From contig CAYJKK010000006.1 in the NCBI GenBank assembly GCA_964370905.1, positions 18,345 through 82,344 on the forward strand: a stretch of DNA of 64,000 nucleotides. Reading direction: 5' to 3'. The stretch's first letter is position 1, and each line of letters starts with the position of its first letter. The translations under genes and the position numbers were made by a program. Below the pieces are notes generated by a model that saw only the letters and a program-made list of their open reading frames with translations, searched no databases and was not told the DNA's origin. Below are positions 1 through 9,280 of this stretch, piece by piece. Origin of the DNA: an uncultured Clostridium sp. (GTDB taxonomy: Bacteria; Bacillota; Clostridia; TANB77; CAG-508).

Positions 1-1
1 A

Positions 2-481
2 ACAACAAATGGTAAATTAACATCACTTCTAGAATTAGGTGCTGGATTTCATCCAGACTTTTCAGGAAAAGAAAATATATATTTTAATGCTTCAATATTT
101 GGACTAACAAGAAAGGAAATAGATAATAGATTAGAAGAAATCATAAAATTCTCAGAGCTTGGAGAGTTAATAGATAATCCAGTTAGAACATATTCATCAG
201 GACAATACATGAGATTAGCATTTTCAGTAGCAATAAATGTTGATGCAGAAATATTATTAATAGATGAAATATTATCTGTAGGGGATCAACATTTTCAAGA
301 AAAATGTTTTAATAAAATGAGAGCATTAAAAGCAGAAGGTAAAACAATGGTATTTGTAACTCATAGTATGGAATCTGTAAAAGGACTTTGCGATAGAGCT
401 GTATGGCTGTATGAAGGTGAAGTTAGAATGGACGGAAATACTAGTGATGTAGTAGATGAATATTTAAGAGTAACAATGTAA
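2..481 (+). CDS. ABC transporter ATP-binding protein (TagH/polysaccharide-exporter type). 5' end lies outside the window.
   Basis: Frame 2 is open from the window edge (TNGKLTSLLELGAGFHPDFSGKENIYF...). It has an ABC signature-like YSSGQ and a Walker B LLIDE, then a C-terminal VTHSMESVKGLCDRAVWLYEGEV. It is followed 22 nt later by an ABC-2 permease. Confidence 0.8.
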   Translation, partial: TTNGKLTSLLELGAGFHPDFSGKENIYFNASIFGLTRKEIDNRLEEIIKFSELGELIDNPVRTYSSGQYMRLAFSVAINVDAEILLIDEILSVGDQHFQEKCFNKMRALKAEGKTMVFVTHSMESVKGLCDRAVWLYEGEVRMDGNTSDVVDEYLRVTM

Positions 482-503
482 TAAAGCAAGGGAGAAAATT
501 TAA

Positions 504-1277
504 ATGAATATATTTCAAAAAATATATAATTATAGAGAATTATTAAAAACAAATGTACAAAAAGAAATAAGGGGAAAATATAAAAATTCGATATTAGGGG
601 TTATATGGTCTTTTTTAAGTCCGTTACTACAGTTATTAGTATATGCAGTAATATTTGGAGCATTATTAGGTGGAGGAGATCCAACGTACCATATATATAT
701 AGTAGTTGCATTAATACCATGGACGTTTTTTACATCTTCAATATCACAAACAGCATTTACCATAATAGGAAATGGAAATATAATTAAAAAGGTATATTTT
801 CCAAGAGAGATACTTCCGATATCAGTTGTAACAAGTGGTTTTGTAAACTTCTTGATATCAACTATAATAACACTAATATTTGTACTTGCATCCGGACTTG
901 GAATAACATGGTATTTATTATTATTTCCAGTTATAGCATTCATTCAATATATTTTATTATTAGGAATAGGTTTTATAGTATCATCAATTACAGTATATGT
1001 AAGAGATTTAGAACATATAATTGGAATAGTTTTAATGGCAGCATTTTATGGAACACCAATAGTATATAAATTAGAAATGTTACCAGAAAATTTACAAGTG
1101 TTAATGCAATTAAATCCAATGACACATTTAATAAATGCATATAGAGACATATTCTATAATCAGGAAATGCCAGATATCATGCCACTTGCAATTGTATTTG
1201 CAATTTCAGTAGTATTATTAGTTGCAGGATACTTTATATTTAAAAAATTACAAAAAGGATTTGCAGAAGAGTTATAA
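504..1277 (+). CDS. ABC-2 type transporter permease (TagG/polysaccharide export family)
   Basis: 257 aa polytopic membrane protein with six or more hydrophobic helices. RBS aagggag lies 8 nt upstream. It is adjacent to the ABC ATPase, as in ABC-2 exporters. Confidence 0.8.
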   Translation: MNIFQKIYNYRELLKTNVQKEIRGKYKNSILGVIWSFLSPLLQLLVYAVIFGALLGGGDPTYHIYIVVALIPWTFFTSSISQTAFTIIGNGNIIKKVYFPREILPISVVTSGFVNFLISTIITLIFVLASGLGITWYLLLFPVIAFIQYILLLGIGFIVSSITVYVRDLEHIIGIVLMAAFYGTPIVYKLEMLPENLQVLMQLNPMTHLINAYRDIFYNQEMPDIMPLAIVFAISVVLLVAGYFIFKKLQKGFAEEL

Positions 1278-1354
1278 AATAATAATTAAATAGTAAATCA
1301 AATAATAAATAAAAAAAGAAAATAATAAAGAAAACACAAAAGTGAGGAATAAAG

Positions 1355-2323
1355 ATGGAAAATATTAAAATATTTGCATGTAACTCAGCAGAAGAATTTA
1401 CAAAAGAAATTTGTGATGCTCTAAATGTAGAAATGGGTAAAATTGAATTTATGAAATTCAAAAATGATAATACTTTTGTTCAAATACTAGAAACAGTTAG
1501 AGAAAAAGAAGTATATATAGTTCAAACAATGTTACCGCCTGTAAATGAAAGAATAATGGAATTATTAATTGCAATAGATGCAGCTAAAAGAGCAGCAGCA
1601 AAAGATATAACAGTTGTTCTTCCATATTTTCCGTACTCAAGATCAGATAAAAAAGATCAACCACGTGTGCCAGTTACAGCAAAATTAATGGCACAATTAA
1701 TAGAAGCAGCTGGAGCTACAAAAGTAATTACATGTGACTTACATAATCCAGCAATTCAAGCATATTTTAATATAACATGTGATAGAATAACTGCTGAATA
1801 TATTTTAGAAGACTATTTTGAAGAAAAAAAATTAGATAATATGGTAATTGTTGCAACAGATGCGGGAAGTTCAAAAAAAGCATACAAATATTCTGAATTC
1901 TTTAATTGTCCAATAGCAATGCTTGATAAAAGAAGAGAAGGAAATGATGATAGAGCAATTGCAACAACTATAATTGGAGATGTAAAAGACAAAAATGCCA
2001 TAATATTTGATGATGAAATAGATACAGCAGGTTCTATGATAGAAACTGTAAAAGTATTGAAAAAATTTGGAGCAAAAAACATATATGCAGGATGTACTCA
2101 TGGGATACTTTCAGGTCCGGCAATAGAAAGACTGAAAGCTTCTGAAATAAAAGAATTAGTTGTAACAAATACCGTTCCAGTACCAAATGAAAAAAGAATA
2201 GATAATATAACTGTTCTTTCAATGGCACCGTTATTTGCAGAAACAATTAAAAGAATTACAGAAAAAAAATCTATAGGAGAATTATTTAGAAATAAAAATA
2301 GAGAAGAAGGATATAATGATTAA
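1355..2323 (+). CDS. prs: ribose-phosphate pyrophosphokinase
   Basis: 322 aa. Prs motifs DLHNPAIQAYF and the PRPP-binding loop IIFDDEIDTAGSM are present. RBS gtgagga. Confidence 0.95.
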   Translation: MENIKIFACNSAEEFTKEICDALNVEMGKIEFMKFKNDNTFVQILETVREKEVYIVQTMLPPVNERIMELLIAIDAAKRAAAKDITVVLPYFPYSRSDKKDQPRVPVTAKLMAQLIEAAGATKVITCDLHNPAIQAYFNITCDRITAEYILEDYFEEKKLDNMVIVATDAGSSKKAYKYSEFFNCPIAMLDKRREGNDDRAIATTIIGDVKDKNAIIFDDEIDTAGSMIETVKVLKKFGAKNIYAGCTHGILSGPAIERLKASEIKELVVTNTVPVPNEKRIDNITVLSMAPLFAETIKRITEKKSIGELFRNKNREEGYND

Positions 2324-2756
2324 ATTTATAAAAGACATATATATTAAATACAAAGAAATTATTAATTATTTAATCTTTGGAGGATTATCAACAGTTGTTA
2401 ATTTAGTATCATACTATATAGCAGCAGAAATAATAGGAATTGATAAAGTTTTAAGTAGTGGAATATCATGGTTTTTAGCAGTGCTATTTGCATATATAAC
2501 AAATAAATATTTTGTATTTAATGAAAAAGAAAATTTGGAAAAACAATCAAAAAAAGGACTGCTAAAAGAAGCAATATCATTTTTTGGAGCAAGGATTGTA
2601 ACAGGAGCACTTTGTGATATTGGAACTTTTGCACTTATGATTAATGTACTTAATATCGATTCAAATATATCAAAGTTAGTAACACAAGTAATGGTAGTTA
2701 TATTAAATTACATATTTAGTAAATTAATTATATTTAGAAAAAAAGATGAAAGATGA
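2316..2756 (+). CDS. GtrA family membrane protein (polysaccharide synthesis/flippase-associated)
   Basis: 146 aa with four TM helices. The N-terminus LIFGGLSTVVNLVSYY...YITNKYFVFN is typical of the GtrA-like family. Its start overlaps the prs stop by 8 nt, suggesting translational coupling. Confidence 0.75.
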   Translation: MIKFIKDIYIKYKEIINYLIFGGLSTVVNLVSYYIAAEIIGIDKVLSSGISWFLAVLFAYITNKYFVFNEKENLEKQSKKGLLKEAISFFGARIVTGALCDIGTFALMINVLNIDSNISKLVTQVMVVILNYIFSKLIIFRKKDER

Positions 2757-2915
2757 AAAATGAAAAATAAAAAAATGAAAAAATAAAAAATCAAAAAATA
2801 AAAATAGTACGTATTATATACGTACTAAAAAAATATATAAAACATATTTACATAATATTGTAAATATTGTTAAAGTATAGTATAATAGAAAGATAAATTA
2901 GATAGGAGAAAATTT

Positions 2916-3929
2916 ATGAACAAAAAAAGAATATTAACAGGAGATAGACCAACAGGAAAACTTCATATTGGACACTATTTTGGATCACTACAAAAAAGAG
3001 TAGAATTACAAAACTCAGGTGAATATGAACAATATATATTAGTTGCAGATGTTCAAGCATTAACAGATAACTACAATAATCCACAAAAAGTAAGAGACAA
3101 TGTAAAAGAACTTGTAATGGATTATTTATCTTGTGGAATAGACCCTGAAAAAACAACTATATATATACAATCAATGATACCAGAAACAGCAGAACTTACA
3201 GTATACTATTCTAATTTAGTAACAATAGCAAGATTACAAAGAAACCCAACTGTTAAAACAGAAATAGAACAGAAAAAAGAACTATTTGGAGAAAGTGTAA
3301 CATATGGATTCTTAGGATATCCAGTTAGTCAAGCAGCAGACATTACTACATTTAATGGTGAATTTGTTCCAGTAGGTGAAGATCAAATTCCAGTAATAGA
3401 GCAAGCTAGAGAAATAGTTAGAAAATTTAACAGCATATATGGTGAAGTATTAGTAGAACCTCAAGCAGTTTTATCAGAAGGAAAAAGAATAAAAGGTTTA
3501 GATGGAAATGAAAAAATGGGAAAATCTCTAGGAAATGCTATATATTTATCAGATTCAGAAGAAGAAATAACTAAAAAAGTAATGGGAGCAGTTACTGATC
3601 CTAAAAGAATAAGAAAAGACGATAAAGGAAACCCAGATGAATGTATGGTATATTATTATCATAAATTATTTACAAATAAAGAAGAGGTTAAAAAAGCATG
3701 TGAAGAATGTAAAGAAGGATTACGTGGGTGTGTAGCTTGCAAAAGAGAATTAGCAAGCAATATAGGAAATACTTTAAAACCAATTCAAGAAAAAAGAAAA
3801 TTTTATGAAGAAAATCCTGAGGAAGTTGAAAAAATAATAAAAGAAGGAACTGCAAAAGCTAAAAAAGAAGCAGAAGAAACAATGAAAAAAGTGAAAAAAG
3901 CTATGAAGTTGGATTATTTCGCAAATTAG
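2916..3929 (+). CDS. trpS: tryptophan--tRNA ligase
   Basis: Class I HIGH-like motif TGKLHIGHY and KMSKS-like KMGKS. 337 aa. RBS taggagaaa. Confidence 0.95.
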   Translation: MNKKRILTGDRPTGKLHIGHYFGSLQKRVELQNSGEYEQYILVADVQALTDNYNNPQKVRDNVKELVMDYLSCGIDPEKTTIYIQSMIPETAELTVYYSNLVTIARLQRNPTVKTEIEQKKELFGESVTYGFLGYPVSQAADITTFNGEFVPVGEDQIPVIEQAREIVRKFNSIYGEVLVEPQAVLSEGKRIKGLDGNEKMGKSLGNAIYLSDSEEEITKKVMGAVTDPKRIRKDDKGNPDECMVYYYHKLFTNKEEVKKACEECKEGLRGCVACKRELASNIGNTLKPIQEKRKFYEENPEEVEKIIKEGTAKAKKEAEETMKKVKKAMKLDYFAN

Positions 3930-3963
3930 AAGTAAAAGAAAAAATAAAATGAAATTAAAGTAA

Positions 3964-5247
<1,284 letters not shown>

Positions 5248-5276
5248 TAAAATTAAAAAAAGGAAATGTATATAAT

Positions 5277-5747
5277 TTACATTTCCTTTTTCATTATAAG
5301 AGCATCAGAATCATTATAATAATTTTTTCTTTTAGCTATTATGTTAAAACCATATTTTTTATATAATTTAATTGCAGATGTATTTTTACTATTTACTTCT
5401 AGCATAAAAGAAGTTAATTTTGTATCAGTACTTTTTTTGATTTCATAAGAATTATCAAGAACATACATTAAAAGTATTGAACCAACTTTTTGATTTCTAA
5501 AATTTTTCTTTACAACAATATTCATTATATCAGCAGTATCATAAGAAGATTTTACACCAATAAACCCAACAATTTCATTTAAGTAAGTTGCTATAAAATA
5601 AGAAGAAGTAGTACTATTAAAATCATTTTTTAAAGTATCTGGAGTCCAATAATCATCAAATTCAGATGTTAATATGGGAAGGATAATATTTAAATCTTCT
5701 ATATTCATTTTTTCTATTTTAATTTTAGTTATATCTAAATTTATCAT
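5277..5747 (-). CDS. rimI: ribosomal-protein-alanine N-acetyltransferase (GNAT family)
   Basis: GNAT acetyl-CoA motif (VVKKNFRNQKVGSILL). Its start overlaps the tsaB stop by 4 nt, the typical tsaB-rimI arrangement. The true start may be an internal Met. Confidence 0.75.
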   Translation of the reverse strand: MINLDITKIKIEKMNIEDLNIILPILTSEFDDYWTPDTLKNDFNSTTSSYFIATYLNEIVGFIGVKSSYDTADIMNIVVKKNFRNQKVGSILLMYVLDNSYEIKKSTDTKLTSFMLEVNSKNTSAIKLYKKYGFNIIAKRKNYYNDSDALIMKKEM

Positions 5748-6457
5748 ATCTTTTTTTCCTTATTTTCTAATTCTATTTGTGCTTGAGGTTTTTTTAAATA
5801 AAGTGGTAATATATCTATAAAATCGTCATTGTTAAAATGATTTAAACCAGCAATAGCAAGTGATACAGTATTTAATATACAAGAATTTTTATCAGCAAAA
5901 TTAAGGCTAGAACTTTTTAAATTTGACTCAAAAAAATCTTTTAAATCAAAAATACCATCTCCTATTAAAAAGATACTAGAATCTGTATTAGTAGTTGTAA
6001 GATTTCTGAGTGTTTCTAAAATTTCTTCTTTAGAACTAAGACAAGGAATAGATAGTATTGTTAGATTATCAACTTCCTTTTTATATATAGCAAAATAGTA
6101 CAAATTATTATTTGCTTTTAAAATAGAAGCAATAGTACCAGTTTTATTTATGTTGTAAATTAAACTTTCTAGTGCGGTAATACCAATAGTTTTAATATTT
6201 AAACTATCTGAAAAAGCTTTAGCAGTTGAAGATCCAATTCTAAGACCAGTAAAAGACCCGGGGCCTATATTTGTAACAATTAAATCTATGTTAGAGAGTG
6301 TTAAAGAAGTCTTTTCAAAAGCAGTTTTAATCATAGGTAGTAGATTTTCTGAATGAGTTCTACCGGTAATCTCATCTAATGTAATCAAAGTATTTGTATC
6401 TTCTAATATTGAAACACCACAAATATCAGAAGAGGTATCTATAGATAATATTTTCAT
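5744..6457 (-). CDS. tsaB: tRNA threonylcarbamoyladenosine biosynthesis protein TsaB
   Basis: N-terminus MKILSIDTSSDICGVSIL. ASKHA-fold YeaZ-type protein of 237 aa. Confidence 0.9.
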   Translation of the reverse strand: MKILSIDTSSDICGVSILEDTNTLITLDEITGRTHSENLLPMIKTAFEKTSLTLSNIDLIVTNIGPGSFTGLRIGSSTAKAFSDSLNIKTIGITALESLIYNINKTGTIASILKANNNLYYFAIYKKEVDNLTILSIPCLSSKEEILETLRNLTTTNTDSSIFLIGDGIFDLKDFFESNLKSSSLNFADKNSCILNTVSLAIAGLNHFNNDDFIDILPLYLKKPQAQIELENKEKKI

Positions 6458-6474
6458 AATTTTCTAATATTCTC

Positions 6475-6906
6475 CTATTCTACAAAAAATAATATAAGAT
6501 ATGATATATATGATATAAAAATAATACTATGCCATATTAAGTCAAGTATAAATATATTTTTTGTTATTTTTTTATATTTTATAATAAGTATAATTCGTAA
6601 GAGTAGTTCTATAATTAGAACAATAAACATAATCATAAATGGTGATGAAAACATATTAGAATCAAAACCATTTATAAGAATATTTTCAAAAAATCTAGTT
6701 CCTCCGCATAAAGGACACTGGCTATTTGTTAAAACATTAAAAGCACAAATTCCAAAACTTGGATGAATTGATACTAAAATTTTTGATATAACAGGGTAAA
6801 AAATTGCATATATAGCAAGAATTAACAACGTTATATTTAAATATTTGTATAGTTTTTTTAGTTTTTCTAAATTTTCATTATCACATATTCTTTTTTCTAA
6901 TCTCAT
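6475..6906 (-). CDS. DUF2752-like small membrane protein
   Basis: 143 aa with three to four TM helices and the CPLCGGTR motif characteristic of DUF2752. This family is often paired with DUF4190 proteins. Confidence 0.6.
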   Translation of the reverse strand: MRLEKRICDNENLEKLKKLYKYLNITLLILAIYAIFYPVISKILVSIHPSFGICAFNVLTNSQCPLCGGTRFFENILINGFDSNMFSSPFMIMFIVLIIELLLRIILIIKYKKITKNIFILDLIWHSIIFISYISYLILFFVE

Positions 6907-7011
6907 AGTAATTTTCTATCTCCTAATACATAAAGTATAAATTAAAAACGCCTAAAAGTCAACAAAAAAGCACAGTTTAATCTGTGCTTTAAGTTATCTG
7001 GAAAATTAATA

Positions 7012-7344
7012 TTAATCCCAGTCCCAATCATAATCATAATCGTAATCATAACTATCATAATTATAACTATCATAATAATCATATTCTGTACTATATTCAG
7101 ATGCTGCAGCAAATATTACTGACATTAAAAATGTATATACAATAATAAATAACATAGCTATTGCAGATAAGATAGTTCCAGCGATTCCCATACCTTTTTT
7201 CTCTTTAGCTTTTGATTTTTTAACAATTTCAACTATTCCTAAAATAAGACCAACTAGTGCAGGTATAAAAGCTATAATTCCACAAAATGGTATTAAACCA
7301 ATTAAAAAAGACACGATTCCTAATACTAATGATGCTACTCCCAT
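7012..7344 (-). CDS. DUF4190-like small membrane protein with acidic Tyr/Asp repeat tail
   Basis: The start was moved from 7407 to the internal ATG at 7344 (MGVASLVLGIVS...), which is preceded by an RBS aaagggga with 6-nt spacing. Two or three TM helices. C-terminal tail YDYYDSYNYDSYDYDYDYDWDWD. Confidence 0.6.
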   Translation of the reverse strand: MGVASLVLGIVSFLIGLIPFCGIIAFIPALVGLILGIVEIVKKSKAKEKKGMGIAGTILSAIAMLFIIVYTFLMSVIFAAASEYSTEYDYYDSYNYDSYDYDYDYDWDWD

Positions 7345-7427
7345 AATAAATCCCCTTTCAATTCTAATATATATTAATAGTATAAGATAAAACTCGAAAA
7401 ATGTCAATTGAAAGAGTTTAGAGAAAA

Positions 7428-7865
7428 TTAGTCTTGATTATAATATCTAATTTCTAATACTCTTGTATTTTCATGAGTAGAATCTCTAGAAAAGCAAATC
7501 TCAATATATTTTGGTGGAAGAACATCTGAAATAATATTTCCCCATTCTAAAATACAAATACCGGTATTAAAGTATTCATCTCCACCTATTGCTAAAAATT
7601 CTGAAGAATCATGTAATCTATATATATCAAAATGATATATGTTTACATTTTCTGAAATATATTCATTTACAATATTAAATGTTGGGCTAGAAACTTCATC
7701 ACCTAAATTAAAAAAAGATAAAAATCCTTGTGTAAATTTAGTTTTACCAGATCCAAGTTCTCCTGTTAAAACAATAATATCACCTTTTTTGCTTTTTTTT
7801 GCAAAATCTTTTGCAAAATTAAAAGTATCTAATTCACTTTTGGAAATAAAAATATCTGTATCCAT
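7428..7865 (-). CDS. tsaE: tRNA threonylcarbamoyladenosine biosynthesis ATPase TsaE
   Basis: P-loop LTGELGSGKTKFTQG. 145 aa of YjeE type. Confidence 0.9.
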   Translation of the reverse strand: MDTDIFISKSELDTFNFAKDFAKKSKKGDIIVLTGELGSGKTKFTQGFLSFFNLGDEVSSPTFNIVNEYISENVNIYHFDIYRLHDSSEFLAIGGDEYFNTGICILEWGNIISDVLPPKYIEICFSRDSTHENTRVLEIRYYNQD

Positions 7866-8044
7866 AAATTCCTCCTAAAATAATCTAATAGATAAAGTGT
7901 ACATAGGAAACAAATTATTGTCAATAGTTATTAAAATTAATTTATAGTAAAATGATATATTTAAGAAAAAATTGGAAAAAATATAAAAAGGTAGTAGATA
8001 TTTTAAGGAAAAAGAAAAATAGCTAAAACTATTGATAAAATTAC

Positions 8045-8070
8045 ATAATTGTAATATAATTGTAATGAAA
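8045..8070 (+). repeat. phased ATAATTGTAAT 11-bp repeat array (3 units), copy 1, 42 nt upstream of mreB
   Basis: ataattgtaatataattgtaatgaaa is identical to 10613-10638. A third unit, attgtaat, lies at 8071-8078. Confidence 0.85.
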
Positions 8071-8111
8071 TTGTAATATAAAAGAAATAAATGTAAAGGA
8101 GAATGACTTAA

Positions 8112-9113
8112 ATGTTTAAATTTGGTCAAGATATAGGTATAGATTTAGGAACTGCAACAGTAATTGCTTACGTAAAAGGTAAAGGAATTGTTTTAAGAGA
8201 GCCATCTGTTGTTGCAGTAAATAACCAAACAGGAGAAGTATTAGCAGTTGGACAAGAAGCAAGAAGAATGTTAGGTAGAACTCCTGGTAATATTGTTGCA
8301 ACAAGACCGCTTAGAGATGGTGTTATATCAGACTATACAGTAACTGAAAAAATGTTAAAACATTTTATTCATAAAGTTTGCGGAAAATTTCTTTTTGCAC
8401 CGAGAATAATGATATGTATACCATCTAGAGTAACTGAAGTAGAGAAAAAAGCAGTAATAGATGCTGCAACTCAAGCAGGAGCAAGAAAAGTATTTTTAAT
8501 AGAAGAACCAATAGCAGCTGCAATAGGAGCAGGTATAGATATATCAAAACCATGTGGAAATATGGTGGTGGACATAGGTGGTGGAACTACAGATGTAGCA
8601 GTAATATCACTAGGTGGATCAGTGGTAAATTCTTCACTTAAAATTGCAGGAGATAAATTTGACGAATATATTGTAAAATATATTAAGAAAAAATATAATG
8701 TAATGATTGGAGAAAGAACAGCAGAAGACTTAAAAGTAAATGTTGGATGTGTATATCCTAAAATGCAAGATTTACAAATGGATATACGTGGAAGAGATTT
8801 AGTAACAGGACTTCCAAAAACAATTACAGTACATTCAAGTGAAATGCTAGAAGCTTTGTTAGAGCCAGCAATGATGATAGTAGATGCAGTTCACGCAGTG
8901 CTTGAAAAAACACCACCAGAACTTGCGGCAGATATAAGTGATAAAGGTATATATATGACAGGTGGAGGATGCTTAATAGATGGTCTAGATAAATTATTGC
9001 AAGAAAAGACTGGAATAAATGTAATGATAGCTCAAGATACTGTTTCTTGTGTAGCATTAGGTACTGGTAAAGCACTAGATAACTTAGATTCATTAGAAGG
9101 TAAAGGAAAATAA
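8112..9113 (+). CDS. mreB: rod shape-determining protein MreB/Mbl (actin-like)
   Basis: IGIDLGTATVIAYV, REPSVVAV and the DIGGGTTD motifs. 333 aa. RBS aaaggaga. Confidence 0.9.
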   Translation: MFKFGQDIGIDLGTATVIAYVKGKGIVLREPSVVAVNNQTGEVLAVGQEARRMLGRTPGNIVATRPLRDGVISDYTVTEKMLKHFIHKVCGKFLFAPRIMICIPSRVTEVEKKAVIDAATQAGARKVFLIEEPIAAAIGAGIDISKPCGNMVVDIGGGTTDVAVISLGGSVVNSSLKIAGDKFDEYIVKYIKKKYNVMIGERTAEDLKVNVGCVYPKMQDLQMDIRGRDLVTGLPKTITVHSSEMLEALLEPAMMIVDAVHAVLEKTPPELAADISDKGIYMTGGGCLIDGLDKLLQEKTGINVMIAQDTVSCVALGTGKALDNLDSLEGKGK

Positions 9114-9189
9114 AATCAAAAATAAAATATAGCATCATATTAAAAGTCGCAAGTGATAATCATTTACGACTTTTAATATATATAAAGGA

Positions 9190-9270
9190 AAAAATAAATA
9201 AAAAAATAAAAAAATAAAAAAATAAAAAAATAAAAAAAGTAAAAATAAAAAATAAAAAATTAAAAATAAG
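9190..9270 (+). repeat. low-complexity (A6-7 T)n tract, about 10 units
   Basis: aaaaaataaat aaaaaaat aaaaaaat aaaaaaat aaaaaaat ..., located between the mreB terminator and the mtaB RBS. Confidence 0.8.
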
Positions 9271-9280
9271 AGGAAATAAA

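Noticed and set aside
530-943. 137-aa antisense ORF inside the ABC-2 permease gene, and similar antisense ORFs at 10980-11453, 16360-16794, 20926-21336, 28013-28363, 36253-36696 and 56646-57029
   Set aside because: All lie antisense to, and fully within, well-supported genes. Their products are low-complexity Ile/Phe/Ser-rich sequences, typical of shadow ORFs created by codon bias. None has an RBS.
2808-2826. Palindrome gtacgtattatatacgtac downstream of the GtrA gene as a terminator
   Set aside because: It is a perfect hairpin, but it is flanked by A-runs on the + strand and not by a T-run. It was left unannotated and may act weakly or on the opposite strand.
2757-2915. T-box leaders upstream of trpS, pheS (39285-39880) and lysS (51509-51668)
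   Set aside because: The spacers are short (about 160 nt) or occupied by ORFs. The conserved T-box sequence (AATTAGGGTGGNACCGCG-like) was searched for by eye and not found. This cannot be excluded without a covariance model.
9190-9270. CRISPR array
   Set aside because: The A-rich 7-8-nt repeats have no intervening unique spacers of constant length and no cas genes. This is simple low-complexity DNA.
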